Assembly (NCBI GenBank): GCA_002269645.1
Contig: NIVC01003113.1
Location: 1-64,000 of the forward strand
DNA: 64,000 bases
Reading direction: 5' to 3'
Source of the DNA: Macrostomum lignano
Lineage: Eukaryota
Position numbers and translations under genes: made by a program. The notes under the pieces are model-generated. The model saw only the letters and a program-made list of their open reading frames with translations. It was not told the DNA's origin and searched no databases. This document shows positions 54,301 to 64,000 of this stretch, in pieces. Numbering within the stretch: the first letter of the stretch is position 1; each line of letters begins with the position of its first letter.

Positions 54301-57300
54301 AATTTGTTTGGAATGCAAATAAATGAAGCAGCAAGCGCGAGACGTGGCCTTCCTGCTACGGGGGTTTATTGAGACAAATTAGCTGCTGCTGAAGGAGCTG
54401 ATCGTGCAATGCTGCCTACTTTTTCTGGCGTCAAATCATCTGCCCATAGATCTCGACTAGCGGTTCTTCCACAACTGCCTCAGCCAGTTCAAGACTACAA
54501 TGTCGATCTGAAGGTGTTGAACAATGCGACAGTCCTGGATACAAATTGTGGGATTCACGAACGACGCTCTCCTCCTGCGACTTGGCGAATGTCAAAAGCT
54601 GCAGATGGATGGCACTTTTAGTAGCTGCCCTCATATTTTCAACTAACTCTTCATCGTCCACGGAAAGGTTCTCAATGCGTGGGAACCGTTTGTCTTCTTT
54701 TTGCTCCCTGCAAAGGATCAGAGGACCTATGAGGCATGCTGGGGCCTGCTGCATGCAGAAGTTCGCGAGGTGACAGGAAAAGACTGCGCCGGCTTTCTCA
54801 CCGACTTTGAAGTCGCAAGCATAAACGCCGTAATTGGGAGGTGGCCGCGATTTCCACCTCTAAACCCACGTGGCTGCTTTTACCACTTGCCAATGCATTC
54901 TGCGTCGCGTCGCTTCCGGAGGACTGAAGTCAGCGAATGAAAATGATACTGAAGTACTCGTAAAAGCGACTGTCAGGTGTCTGATGGCTCGCCCCTGATG
55001 TCGCTGGCTAGCGTGGAGGATGCTTTTCAGTTAGTCATGGCAGACATAACTGGTCATGCTTACTTAAATCTTGCCAGACACAGGCGGAGCTGCAAGAGTG
55101 TCGAAACAACGGACCTAACATAAGCAAAACAGCAAGGGTTTACAAAAGGAAATCGAGAGAGTGCCCGGGATGTAAGCGGGCACTAGCGGCGACCAACATG
55201 GCGCGACACCATAGGAGGTGCGACGACGACGGTCCCTGAGAGCTGTGGGGTGAGGCATAACCTCTGCGAAGGACAATGGTCTTTCCTGAGCTCAATAGTA
55301 ACATTCGGTTGCTATGCTTGGTTTAAAATCCAAGTAATATTTGCGTTTCATGTGTTTTTGCAAACATCGCCAAAAGTGCTAGGGCCCGTTATCGAACCTT
55401 ACAAATACGAGCTTATCTTGCATTTATATTTTTGTTTGCTATATATTTTATAGACACTCAACTTTTAAAGGAACTCACATCCTATAATGGCTTTATTGTT
55501 TCAGAGACATTTTACTTTTTTAAACCAGTGTTTCTATTAATATGCAGATTATGTCATTAAAAATTGTTTGGTATGTCATAGAAGTGTTGTAGACCTCTTT
55601 GCAATTCAAACTATGACATTGGTATTAAAGCTACAGTGCAAAGATTTTCATTAGACAAGGATGAGTTTAGACGTTGGCTAGGTCACTAGGTGCCCTTTCA
55701 GCACAAGTTAAGGTAAGATTTTTTTTGTTATGAATGAATTACATATTTCCAAAAGAAAATCTCATAATATTACCCTTATTCTATGTGGTAATGCTTGCTG
55801 ATAAAATAAGATGCTTTCAATGCAAAGGACAGAATACAAAATTGGGAAACATTTATTGGCCATGCAATGCATAATCTACTACCCACAATGCCTAGTTGCG
55901 TACATTTCTTTTGCCATTTTTGGCTGGGCTGCATAGTTGTCGGTTTGCCACATACATCAATGCAGCTGGAGTTATCGACAAGAATCGAGGGCAGCAGTTG
56001 CTGCTGTACGCCGCAGGGAGGAGCTGTTGTCGAAGAGAACGAAATAGTCTCTAGTGAAGACCATAGCAGCCATTGGAAAAACATCCAGGCGTTCTGGGAC
56101 GGCAAGAACAAGTTTCTGCGATGCAAGCTCGAGACCTGCAGGCAGCAGCCGGGCGAGCCAATCGGCCAGTGGTTTTCACCAGCGTCTGCGCAAAGCGGCG
56201 GAGCCGTGCGAGCTCGGGACTCTCAGAGACTCGCTGATTCGAGACAAAATCATCGCCTATGCGAGTCCGAGAGACTTAGGAGACTTCTTGCAGACCAACA
56301 ACATCTCCCTGGCAGATGTGCTCAAAAAAGGCTAGAGAATGAAAGAAGTCTCAGAGCAGCAGGCTACAGAAATCGAAAGCGACAGACAGGAGAAACTGCA
56401 TCAGTGTTCATCAAAGATAAAATCTCAGCTATGTCAAGGACTCACAGTCAATTTTCAATGATACTGACTCCTTAGACAGCTACAACTTAGTACGAGTCAT
56501 TAATAATGCGTTACGCATATTGAGGACATTCTGTTGTCTGCTCGCATGATTTTCATTGGACATGAACGTGCTGGCTATCATGCAACAAGAGACATCCTGA
56601 CAATGCCACATCCAGATACCCTGAAGAGCTATTTTGGTGGACTGGGCACAGTTGGACTGATGCTGACTTTCAGAAGCTACCTAGTTAAAGCAGTTACCTG
56701 CTGCCACACATTTTCGAAATTGTTGCTCTATTATATTTGATGAAGCGCATGTGCTGCCCTCACTTCGACTTCGTGGATGTCACATCATTGGCTATTCAGA
56801 GGACGAGCCAGCAAATTGGCGCACACAGTTCTGGCAAAAATGTTTAAAACCTTTACGAGCTATTGGGTACCACACGCTATGCTGCTGTTTCCATCTACAG
56901 TCTACAGCCAAACTTTTGTACAAACAAATTTCTGTTATTCATCAATGTGGTGGAGTAGTTGACAGTTTAGTCTGTGATAATCATTTTTTTCAAATCGTAA
57001 TTGCTTTAAACTGTTCGATCCTGATTCTGCAACGCCATGGAAGACTGCTGATCTGACAGATTCTATGCAACCACTATTTTTTGCTTATGGGACGTGCACG
57101 GTGCACCCTTAATTGATAAAATTCTCAATAATTGGCTTGAAACTGATTTTTAACTATCAGCGTGAACTTAGATTTGTTGTGCTAAATGGAGTCACATTGT
57201 TGACATTGAAGTTCGCAGTCGATCACATATCATACGCTTAACTACATTGAATTCTGTTTCTGTTTAGTGTTGCCCACACCAACTTTGAGCGGAAAAAAGT

Positions 57301-57547
57301 AATGTGGGTCTGACAGCGTTCGCTAATAAACAATTAATGTCCATATCTTACGAATGTACTTCATAGAGTATAAAGCCAATTTTAGGCACTACATTGCCAC
57401 AAAATATTCAATTCACTGCTTAGTTACCTGAGGGTCGCCTGGCTGATACACTGGATATTCCATGTGACGACGCCACAGTGGAATGTACCGACTAGCCTTG
57501 GTCAAAGCAATTGGCTTGGCTAGTACAGTTGGTCGCAAGCTGCTCAT
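51321..57547 (-). CDS. MRPL23: Mitochondrial ribosomal protein uL23m, 205 aa; complement(join(51321..51818,57428..57547))
   Basis: Exon 1 MSSLRP...EYPVYQPGDPQ|GTAACT (120 nt, phase 0) joins CAG|VRLYMPNYWMKLVRP...YRKVAYVFL...FQFPDLF, matching the uL23m YPxYxxGxPQLRVF...KxAYV...FxFPDLF pattern. Confidence 0.9.
51975..52255. repeat. 24-bp minisatellite (GGGTCAGAGGGCGATTCTTTATGC)n in the MRPL23 intron
   Basis: About 12 copies. Confidence 0.95.
53160..55030 (+). pseudogene. Decayed Mutator (MULE) transposase with FLYWCH-like N-terminus, interrupted by a hAT MITE
   Basis: After removing 53194-53993 it reads MVQAGPHVHEIATFVKSERVGELLLHEG...HDHP, then MDGTFSSCPHIFN*LFIVHG...LLPAKDQRTY...LTDFEVASINA...GCFYHL. 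These are MULE DGTF, DFE and CxFH motifs, with stops and frameshifts. Confidence 0.85.
53194..53985. mobile_element. 792-bp non-autonomous hAT element
   Basis: Perfect TIRs CAGTGTTGGGCA / TGCCCAACACTG, perfect 8-bp TSD CGAAATTG (53186-53193, 53986-53993), many subterminal TTAACG repeats. Confidence 0.92.
55950..56400 (+). pseudogene. Ty3/Gypsy gag relic
   Basis: Across frameshifts: QLLLYAAG...KFLRCKLETCRQQPGEPIGQW / QRLRKAAEPCELGTLRDSLIRDKII...SLADVLKK, matching the gag pattern RxQxxGE...RLRxLAxxCEFG...xxIRDxI. Confidence 0.7.
56450..57360 (+). pseudogene. P-element-superfamily (THAP9-like) transposase relic
   Basis: Fragments TMPHPDTLKSY, IFDEAHV, GCHIIGY, GGVVDSLVCDN, KILNNWL and PTNFERKK resemble the P transposase motifs LPSxxTL, FDE, VCD, KNIRNNW and PxNxExQKV; many frameshifts. 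Confidence 0.6.
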
Positions 57548-58258
57548 TGCTGAAGAGAAGAGCAAAACTCTGAGTTATTAACTATAAATTGTCTTACATG
57601 TTAAGGTCTTCATCATAGGACACACTACCTAAGATATAACCCATTACTATATGACTACAAAGGTCTTTGCATGCTGTCTATATTAAAAAAGAAATATAAA
57701 AGATCATTGAAAGTAAAGTAACTATCTATACCTATAAAAATGATGTCATGCATATAGCAGATGTTATTGCTTAAGGGGCCCACTCTGAATTTCCAAGTGC
57801 ACTTGACATGAGAACAAAGTAATACATAATAACTAAAACAATACGAAATTGAATCGTTATAGACTTTTTACACATGGACTTAAACCCCTCACTTAAAACA
57901 AAATTATTGAATACATAATTTTACATACATATAGTATATTACTTGATATACTATATATATCAATATAATAGTCCGACTCATGAGTGCGCGCAGCGCACGA
58001 GTGAGCATAGGACTATTATCCTAAAGTCTCACTTACGAATAACCGCATTGTCGAATTTCAGTGGGGCCATAGACAAAAAGGGCATCGAAAGGAGAGAGGG
58101 GTTACCGAGGAGAGAGAGACATAAAGACTGAGGTGGTTTACTGGAGTTTGGGCCATAGACAACGAAGTTGCAAACAGGCTGGGGGTTAAGAGGGTGGAAA
58201 GGAAGGAGATGTGGAGAGAAAGAGAGAATAAAACGTAAATAGCTACATTCGCTTGGCC

Positions 58259-59751
58259 ATGGAGAACCAGACGTCATATCCGATCAACTGGGGCAATCTG
58301 CCTGTCGAAAGTTTAGCCAACGTATCTAGCAGCAAACTCAATTGGATCTCAAGACTTTCCACATCTCAGAAGGACATGAAGGATAACGAAGACTTTTTGA
58401 ACTTCTTGCACTTGCACCGGCCGAGGATAATGCTCCAGCTGAAGAGGATGGAGAGAATGAAACTGAGCCGAAACGAGTTCCTTTGGATATGCAAGAGGCA
58501 ATGACGAAAGATGAAATAGTGAGCCTACCAACCAAGACGCGAGAGCAGATGATTGCTCATGGTAACGGTTTTGTGCAGTTCCTTCGCGAACATGGAGCTG
58601 CTGTTCATGAATTGAGTCGTGTTGAGATGTGTGAGTTTCTTAGGTATTACTACTACCAATTGCGTCGCCATGATGGCGGTCCATACTCGCCTGCAAGTCT
58701 TGTGTGCATCCGCGCCGGGATACAGCGCTTTCTGACTATGGTGGCTGGATTAACGATCAACATGATCGATGGTGAGGAATTCGTTCTAGCGAATAGAATG
58801 CTCCGAATGAAAGTCAGGGAATGGCACAACTCCGGCGGTCAGGCTCGATCATATCCGCCAATCGAGGAGGGTGATATGGAGAAGCTACGGACGTATTTCG
58901 ACAGATCAAGTGCAGAGACCACTCAGGATGAATTTCTATTTCGCGTTATGTACGGCCTAGGAGAACGAGGAAGGGAACATCTGGAGTCGATTGAATCCAA
59001 GAAGTGGTTGGTGAAGCGCGAAGACTCGGATGGAAGACCGTACTACGCATTGCCTGTACTGAATTCCAAAAACAAGTCTGCCGATCCCAATCGAGCCAAG
59101 CGTGACATCGACGTAAAGCAGGCGAGAATCTACGATGTTGGAATTGTGGACGACTACATGGCTATATTACCAACGGATACGAAGAACGACTCATTGTTTC
59201 CCAGGCCACTGAAGAATGCAGGAGGCACCAGACGATTTTGCTCGAAGCAGAAACGAGGGATAAATTACCTGAGGACTTTCATGAAGGCGCTGAGCAAAAA
59301 AGCGAAGCTGTCTAAGGAATACACCAATCATAGCATTCGGTGAGTCAGTTGGTCGGGGAAGTGCATGTGATGTTTTCAACTTATGTCTGATTGAGTCTAA
59401 TTTACAGTTCAATTGCTCAATTGTTCTAGAGTTAGCAGAGTGTGTGACCTGGAATCGGCTGGGCATTCGATGAGCGAGATCATGGCTATCACGGGTCAAA
59501 AGTCCGAGAGCACGGTCCGGCGCTACCTGGCAGTTAAACGGGACAAGTCCCTGCAACAATGCAGCGATGCAGTGTCGCGTGCGTTGAACATGGGACAAAG
59601 CGCCGCGACCCACGGTCAAGTAACAATGCCTACTGACATCAGCATCCAAAGTTCCATCGTGCAAGCAGTGAGCGTGTCTGATGGTCGTCAGATGAACGGT
59701 CGGAATATCTTTATTATGAACAACTGCACTTTTAACAATTGCAATCTGTAA
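58259..59751 (+). CDS. Crypton/DUF3504-type tyrosine recombinase YR1, ~467 aa; join(58259..59339,59430..59751) with a 1-bp deletion near 58405-58416
   Basis: YSPASLVCIRAGIQRF, LGERGREH (R), SKN (K), YTNHSI-R (HxxR split by a 90-bp GT-AG intron), ITGQKS (H replaced by Q), VRRY (Y), C-terminal NNCTFNNCNL. 1403+1 nt = 468 codons. Confidence 0.88.
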
Positions 59752-60191
59752 TGGTCTTCGGCACTATGACAATTGCGCCATATTGATACTGCACAATTAA
59801 CTTTCCATAGCGCTAATCTTTTGTTGTTGGTGTTTGCTGTTTTGTTCTAAAAATAGGCGTCCATTATCCCGAGTTTGAAATCATTATCCTGAAGTTTAAG
59901 TGAAAAAATAAATAAATGTGCTCATGGTTTAACCATAGACGATTGCATTATCCTAAAGGCATTTTGAGCATTATCAAAGCCTAAAACCATAGACACAATA
60001 TTATTGTCTCATGATTTCTACACAAAATAGGCGTTTAATAATCTTTCATTATCAAACGGTTGATAATGCATGACTAAATTTAGATACCGTCTATGGTAAT
60101 TCGTCAGAAACTTTGGTCTTAAATGTTAGAAGTTACAGCGAAGACTTCTCAGTTTTTCATTTTAAGCCGTCTTCGCTTGCCTGCCTTAAAC

Positions 60192-61609
60192 ATGACCGCT
60201 ACGCATCTTATCAATTGGTCTCATCTGCCGGTTGATAGTCTGGATGGCGTTTCATCAAGCGAATACTCATTCATTGCTGAGCTGAGCAGTGACAATCACC
60301 GAGATGACAATCAGCTGGAGGACTTTATTAAATTCATTACCGATCATTCACGATCTGACGATGAACTGCTTGGTGTCGATCTGCCGGAATGTGAAGATGA
60401 TGGAGCTTCTGTTGCTACTGATGTCATGGACAAGGCCGAGGTGGATTCTCTACCAAGATCGACCAAGGAGCAAATGTTCCTTTATGGCAAAGCGTTTGCC
60501 AGCTACATGAGTGACTTGGGTCATCCTGTTGAAAGTCTTAAAACAATGGAGCCCAGTAGCCTCAACGAGCACCTGCGGTTCTACTACTTTCGGCTTTCTA
60601 AACCGAATGGAGAGTCGTACTCGCCATCTAGCTTGGTCTGCATTCGGGCCGGCATCCAGCGATTTTTTCACTTCATTATCAAGCGTGAACTCAACATCGT
60701 CGATGATCCTAACTTTGCTACTGCCAATCGCATGCTTCGAGTTAAGGTGCGGGATTTTCATTCTAAAGGCGGGAGCGTGAAGCGTTACGAACCGATAGAG
60801 CGCGCCGATCTAACCAAGTTGTCCAGTTACTTTGATCGCTCGACTGGAGAACGACTACAGGATGAAGTGATTTACACTTTATTGTATGTCTTGGGAGAGC
60901 GCGGTCAAGAGCACCTCCAACACCTTCGTCAGAGAGACATACTCGTAGAAAAAGAAGACGGCGACGGCAAGAAGTATTACGAGCTACCTAACCTCAGAAC
61001 CAAGAACCAGAGTGCCAATCCAGTCAAGGCCAAAGGTTTCAACACAAAGCAAGCGAGAATCTATGGCGGTCAGTATGAACTCATTAAGACCTACCTTCAA
61101 GTCCTGCCCAACGAAACCAAGGACAATTCGTTTTTTCCAAGACCGATGGCAAATAAAGAAGGACAGCTGCAGTTTTCAACTAAGCAGGTTCGTGGGATCA
61201 ATTGGTTAGGATCGTTCATGACTCGATTAAGCACCCTGTGTGAGCTCAGCAAAAAGTATACAAACCATTGCATTCGAGTAACTAGGACGGCTGATCTACA
61301 CGAAGCTGGCTATACTCTGTCCGACATCATGAATATCACGGGACATCAATCTGAGTCGACAGTTCGGCGGTATCTATCGAGGAAACGTGACCACACGCTG
61401 CGAGACATGGCTACGACTGTGGGGAAGCTTTGCAATCAAGTGAATCTCGTACGAACACAGAATTGGTTAGGACTGATCAGCCATCTAACGCTGGATCGTC
61501 AAGCACGATGGACGTGAGTAACCAGAACATTACACTTAGTAGGCAGAACGTCTCAACTATCTTCACGGATTGTCATTTCTCTGGCTGCACTTTCAACTTG
61601 AATGGTTAG
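60192..61609 (+). CDS. Crypton/DUF3504-type tyrosine recombinase YR2, ~472 aa, intronless, with a 1-bp deletion at GGGG 61421-61424
   Basis: YSPSSLVCIRAGIQRF, LGERGQEH, RTKN, YTNHCIR, ITGHQS, VRRY give a complete R-K-HxxR-H-Y set. Adding one G extends the frame to ...TIFTDCHFSGCTFNLNG* (TAG 61607-61609), like the YR1 C-terminus; 1418+1 nt = 473 codons. Confidence 0.92.
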
Positions 61610-62140
61610 AGACATCTGCGTCATTGAGAATTGCAACTATAAACAACTAAAAACTGTAAACTGTTCATTGCTTAACCATTGAAGCTGATTTCTCGTTGAT
61701 ATGAAAAATAAACTCGCAGTTCCACCATAGTCTATGGTAGATGTTGAAAAGTTGGCGTTTGATAATCACAAAATTACACAACGAGAAATAATAAGAGAAA
61801 GAATGTGACAATGAGGCCTTTTTCATATTTCTTTTTATTTCTTTATTTCTTTAGCTACTCAAGTCAGCTCTTACTGTAGCTAAAAATCCAAAATCCTAAC
61901 CATTGTCAATGTCTATGGTGTTCACCCATAGCAAACAAAATAAAAAGGATTAATAGTGCATCACAACAAAAACAGCATAGCAGTAGTAGCCAATGCCTTG
62001 CAAAAGCAAAGACACTTAAGCAGCTAAAGCTAGAATAGAAGCTGATTCTGCTAGTTTAGTATTGCTTCCCTTGTATACATCATTTGTGGGAAATAATTTC
62101 AAAAAATGTTATATAAGACTATATACTGTTTAACTGTCAC

Positions 62141-62734
62141 TAGTGTTCTGCTGTAGCTATGGCTATGGCTATGGGATCTTATGGCAAAAATGGTAAAATA
62201 GGTGCCTATGGTAGATAGCTGCTCTTATGGCTACCACTACAGAAATATGGTAGTTGTTGTCACATTCCATAGATTCCTATAGCCATAGTTATTAATTTAA
62301 AAAAATATTAGAAACAGGTAAAGTAAAACAAAGATCCTTTGGTAAACTGTATTATAGACTTAGAAACTTATAAATTATGCCTAATAAAGAACAATAAAAC
62401 ATTAGCAAACTCTAACTTTTATCAATGTGAGAAATTTCTGCATTAGTACTTTCAGTAGTGATTAGGTATTGTTACTCTTTGTAAAAAGGATAAAATATAA
62501 TCTTACAAAGGCAATTGAGTGTTTGTTTTATTTTCTACCTTAATTTGCAGTTGTTTAAGCACTAGGTTATCTTCTTGATTCAAAATATTTTGTTTCCTAG
62601 ACTTTTTGTTAAAACTACGGCTATAGCAATGGGAAATAAGGGGATATGGTAATATTGGAGTCCCTATGGCTACAGCCATAGTTTTGCTTATGGCTATGGC
62701 TATGGCATATTGACCCCCTTATAGCGGAACACTG
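62141..62734. mobile_element. Old hAT-like MITE with CTATGG/CCATAG subterminal repeats
   Basis: TAGTGTTCTGCTGTAG (62141) pairs imperfectly with TATAGCGGAACACTG (ending 62734); dense GCTATGG/CCATAG repeats at both ends; no clean TSD. Confidence 0.45.
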
Positions 62735-63753
62735 TCACACTAGTCAAATCTATGATGGAGAAAAATGGCATGCTTCATGCCATGAAATTCCTAGATCTAG
62801 GACTGTCAGAATGCCATATGATTGGAAGAAGTCAACTGATCCAACTATCAGGGACCTTGTAGAGAAAATCATAGCAGTATCTTTAAAATAGGACCATGAC
62901 TTTGAATTTTCTAAAGATCCTAATTGTGGTTCTAAAGCTAAAACCAATGAAGCATCTAAAGAGAGTACTAGGCTAGTTGATAATGAAGCTGCTACTGCAG
63001 CATTGACTATAGCATTGACTTGTGAAAGTACTATCCTAACGAATATGGGTGTCAAGTTCCATGACATTAAAATTGTCAGTGTCAATGAGACTTGCAAGAG
63101 CCATGAGCCTATAACAATAACTACAAATCTATTAGTCATACCAGATGGCAATAGCAGCATGGACACTAGTATTATATTTAATTCTCACCATCTTAAATCA
63201 TTCATATCTATGCCATTTTTTGCATCACAATCTTTATTTATTTGAATAATATCAAGTTCAACCAATATACCACTTGCAATCAGTGCTACATTCTAGGTTT
63301 ATTTTTTGTATGCGAAGTGTGTGTTTGCATCCTAAATTTTCAAATTGCACCCTGAAATTAAAAAGTGGGTGCCATTTAGGTGTGGTCTCATAACCTCTTT
63401 TTCCATTGAAGCCTCATTTGCATTGCCTTAAAATAAAAAAGAGAGAAATTGCATTTTGAGCCTTAAAATTGCACTATGAAAGTAAGCAAATGAGTCTTTA
63501 TGAAAGTATGAAAGTAATGAAAGTCTATATGAAAGTCTTTAGCAAAAAAACTTGGCTATATTCTAATAGCAGAGAGCTACAAAATACTAGCTAGATGAGA
63601 GCTGCAAATCTATGTAGATTTGTAGATATAGATATAGTAGATATAGCTATGTAGATATAGTTACAAAATACTAAACCAGTGTCTGCATTTGTTTATCAAT
63701 CTGAATCTAACAAAAAAGCAATGCTAGTTCATGCTGCCTATATTACTGTAGAC

Positions 63754-63913
63754 CAGGGGTATAGGGAGGGGGATAGAGGGGATATATCCCCTCGAAGAGC
63801 CTGACCAAAACTTTTTTGCTGCCCTTTGTTGCTATACATGCTACTATGTGACTCTGTCATAGCACTTTTACCTTGGTGTATCCCCCTGTAGGAAATTCCT
63901 GGCTATGCCCCTG
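63754..63913. mobile_element. 160-bp hAT-like MITE, CpG-eroded
   Basis: CAGGGGTATAG / CTATGCCCCTG termini; flanks CTGTAGAC / CTGTTAGC resemble a decayed 8-bp TSD. Confidence 0.55.
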
Positions 63914-64000
63914 CTGTTAGCATTATGCATATGCAAGCAGAGACTAGGACTCTTGTTTCTATATGGCAGACAGTTAATTCTATATGACATGCAAGTTATA

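Noticed and set aside
61425-61517. ORF-track C-terminus of YR2 (KLCNQVNLVR...WT), or an intron at CAA|GTGAAT
   Set aside because: A one-base correction in GGGG gives a continuous frame ending in a CxF-type tail like YR1, which is simpler than invoking an intron.

Overview
Eukaryotic (invertebrate animal) genomic DNA with GC-rich exons and introns/intergenic DNA packed with distinct minisatellites and small inverted-repeat transposons. The style resembles free-living flatworms such as Macrostomum (inference only). Genes reconstructed by hand from splice sites and homology: the last exon of a TFAM-like HMG-box gene, AP-2 sigma (AP2S1), two tandem innexins with identical exon structure, a 2-exon FMRFamide-receptor-like GPCR, a 5-exon MFSD5, a 2-exon MRPL23 whose 5.6-kb intron holds MULE, hAT, Gypsy and P-like relics, and two tandem Crypton/DUF3504-type tyrosine recombinase (YR) genes. 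The most unusual region is 58.0-61.9 kb. Two anciently diverged, full-length YR paralogs lie head-to-tail; one has an intron inside the catalytic Arg codon and a His-to-Gln change. They are bracketed by short CCATAGAC...GTCTATGG inverted-repeat modules. The same motif forms 90-97 bp mini-elements and a 65-bp satellite elsewhere in the window. Five genes carry single-base deletions, mostly in G/C runs; these are probably assembly errors rather than pseudogenisation.
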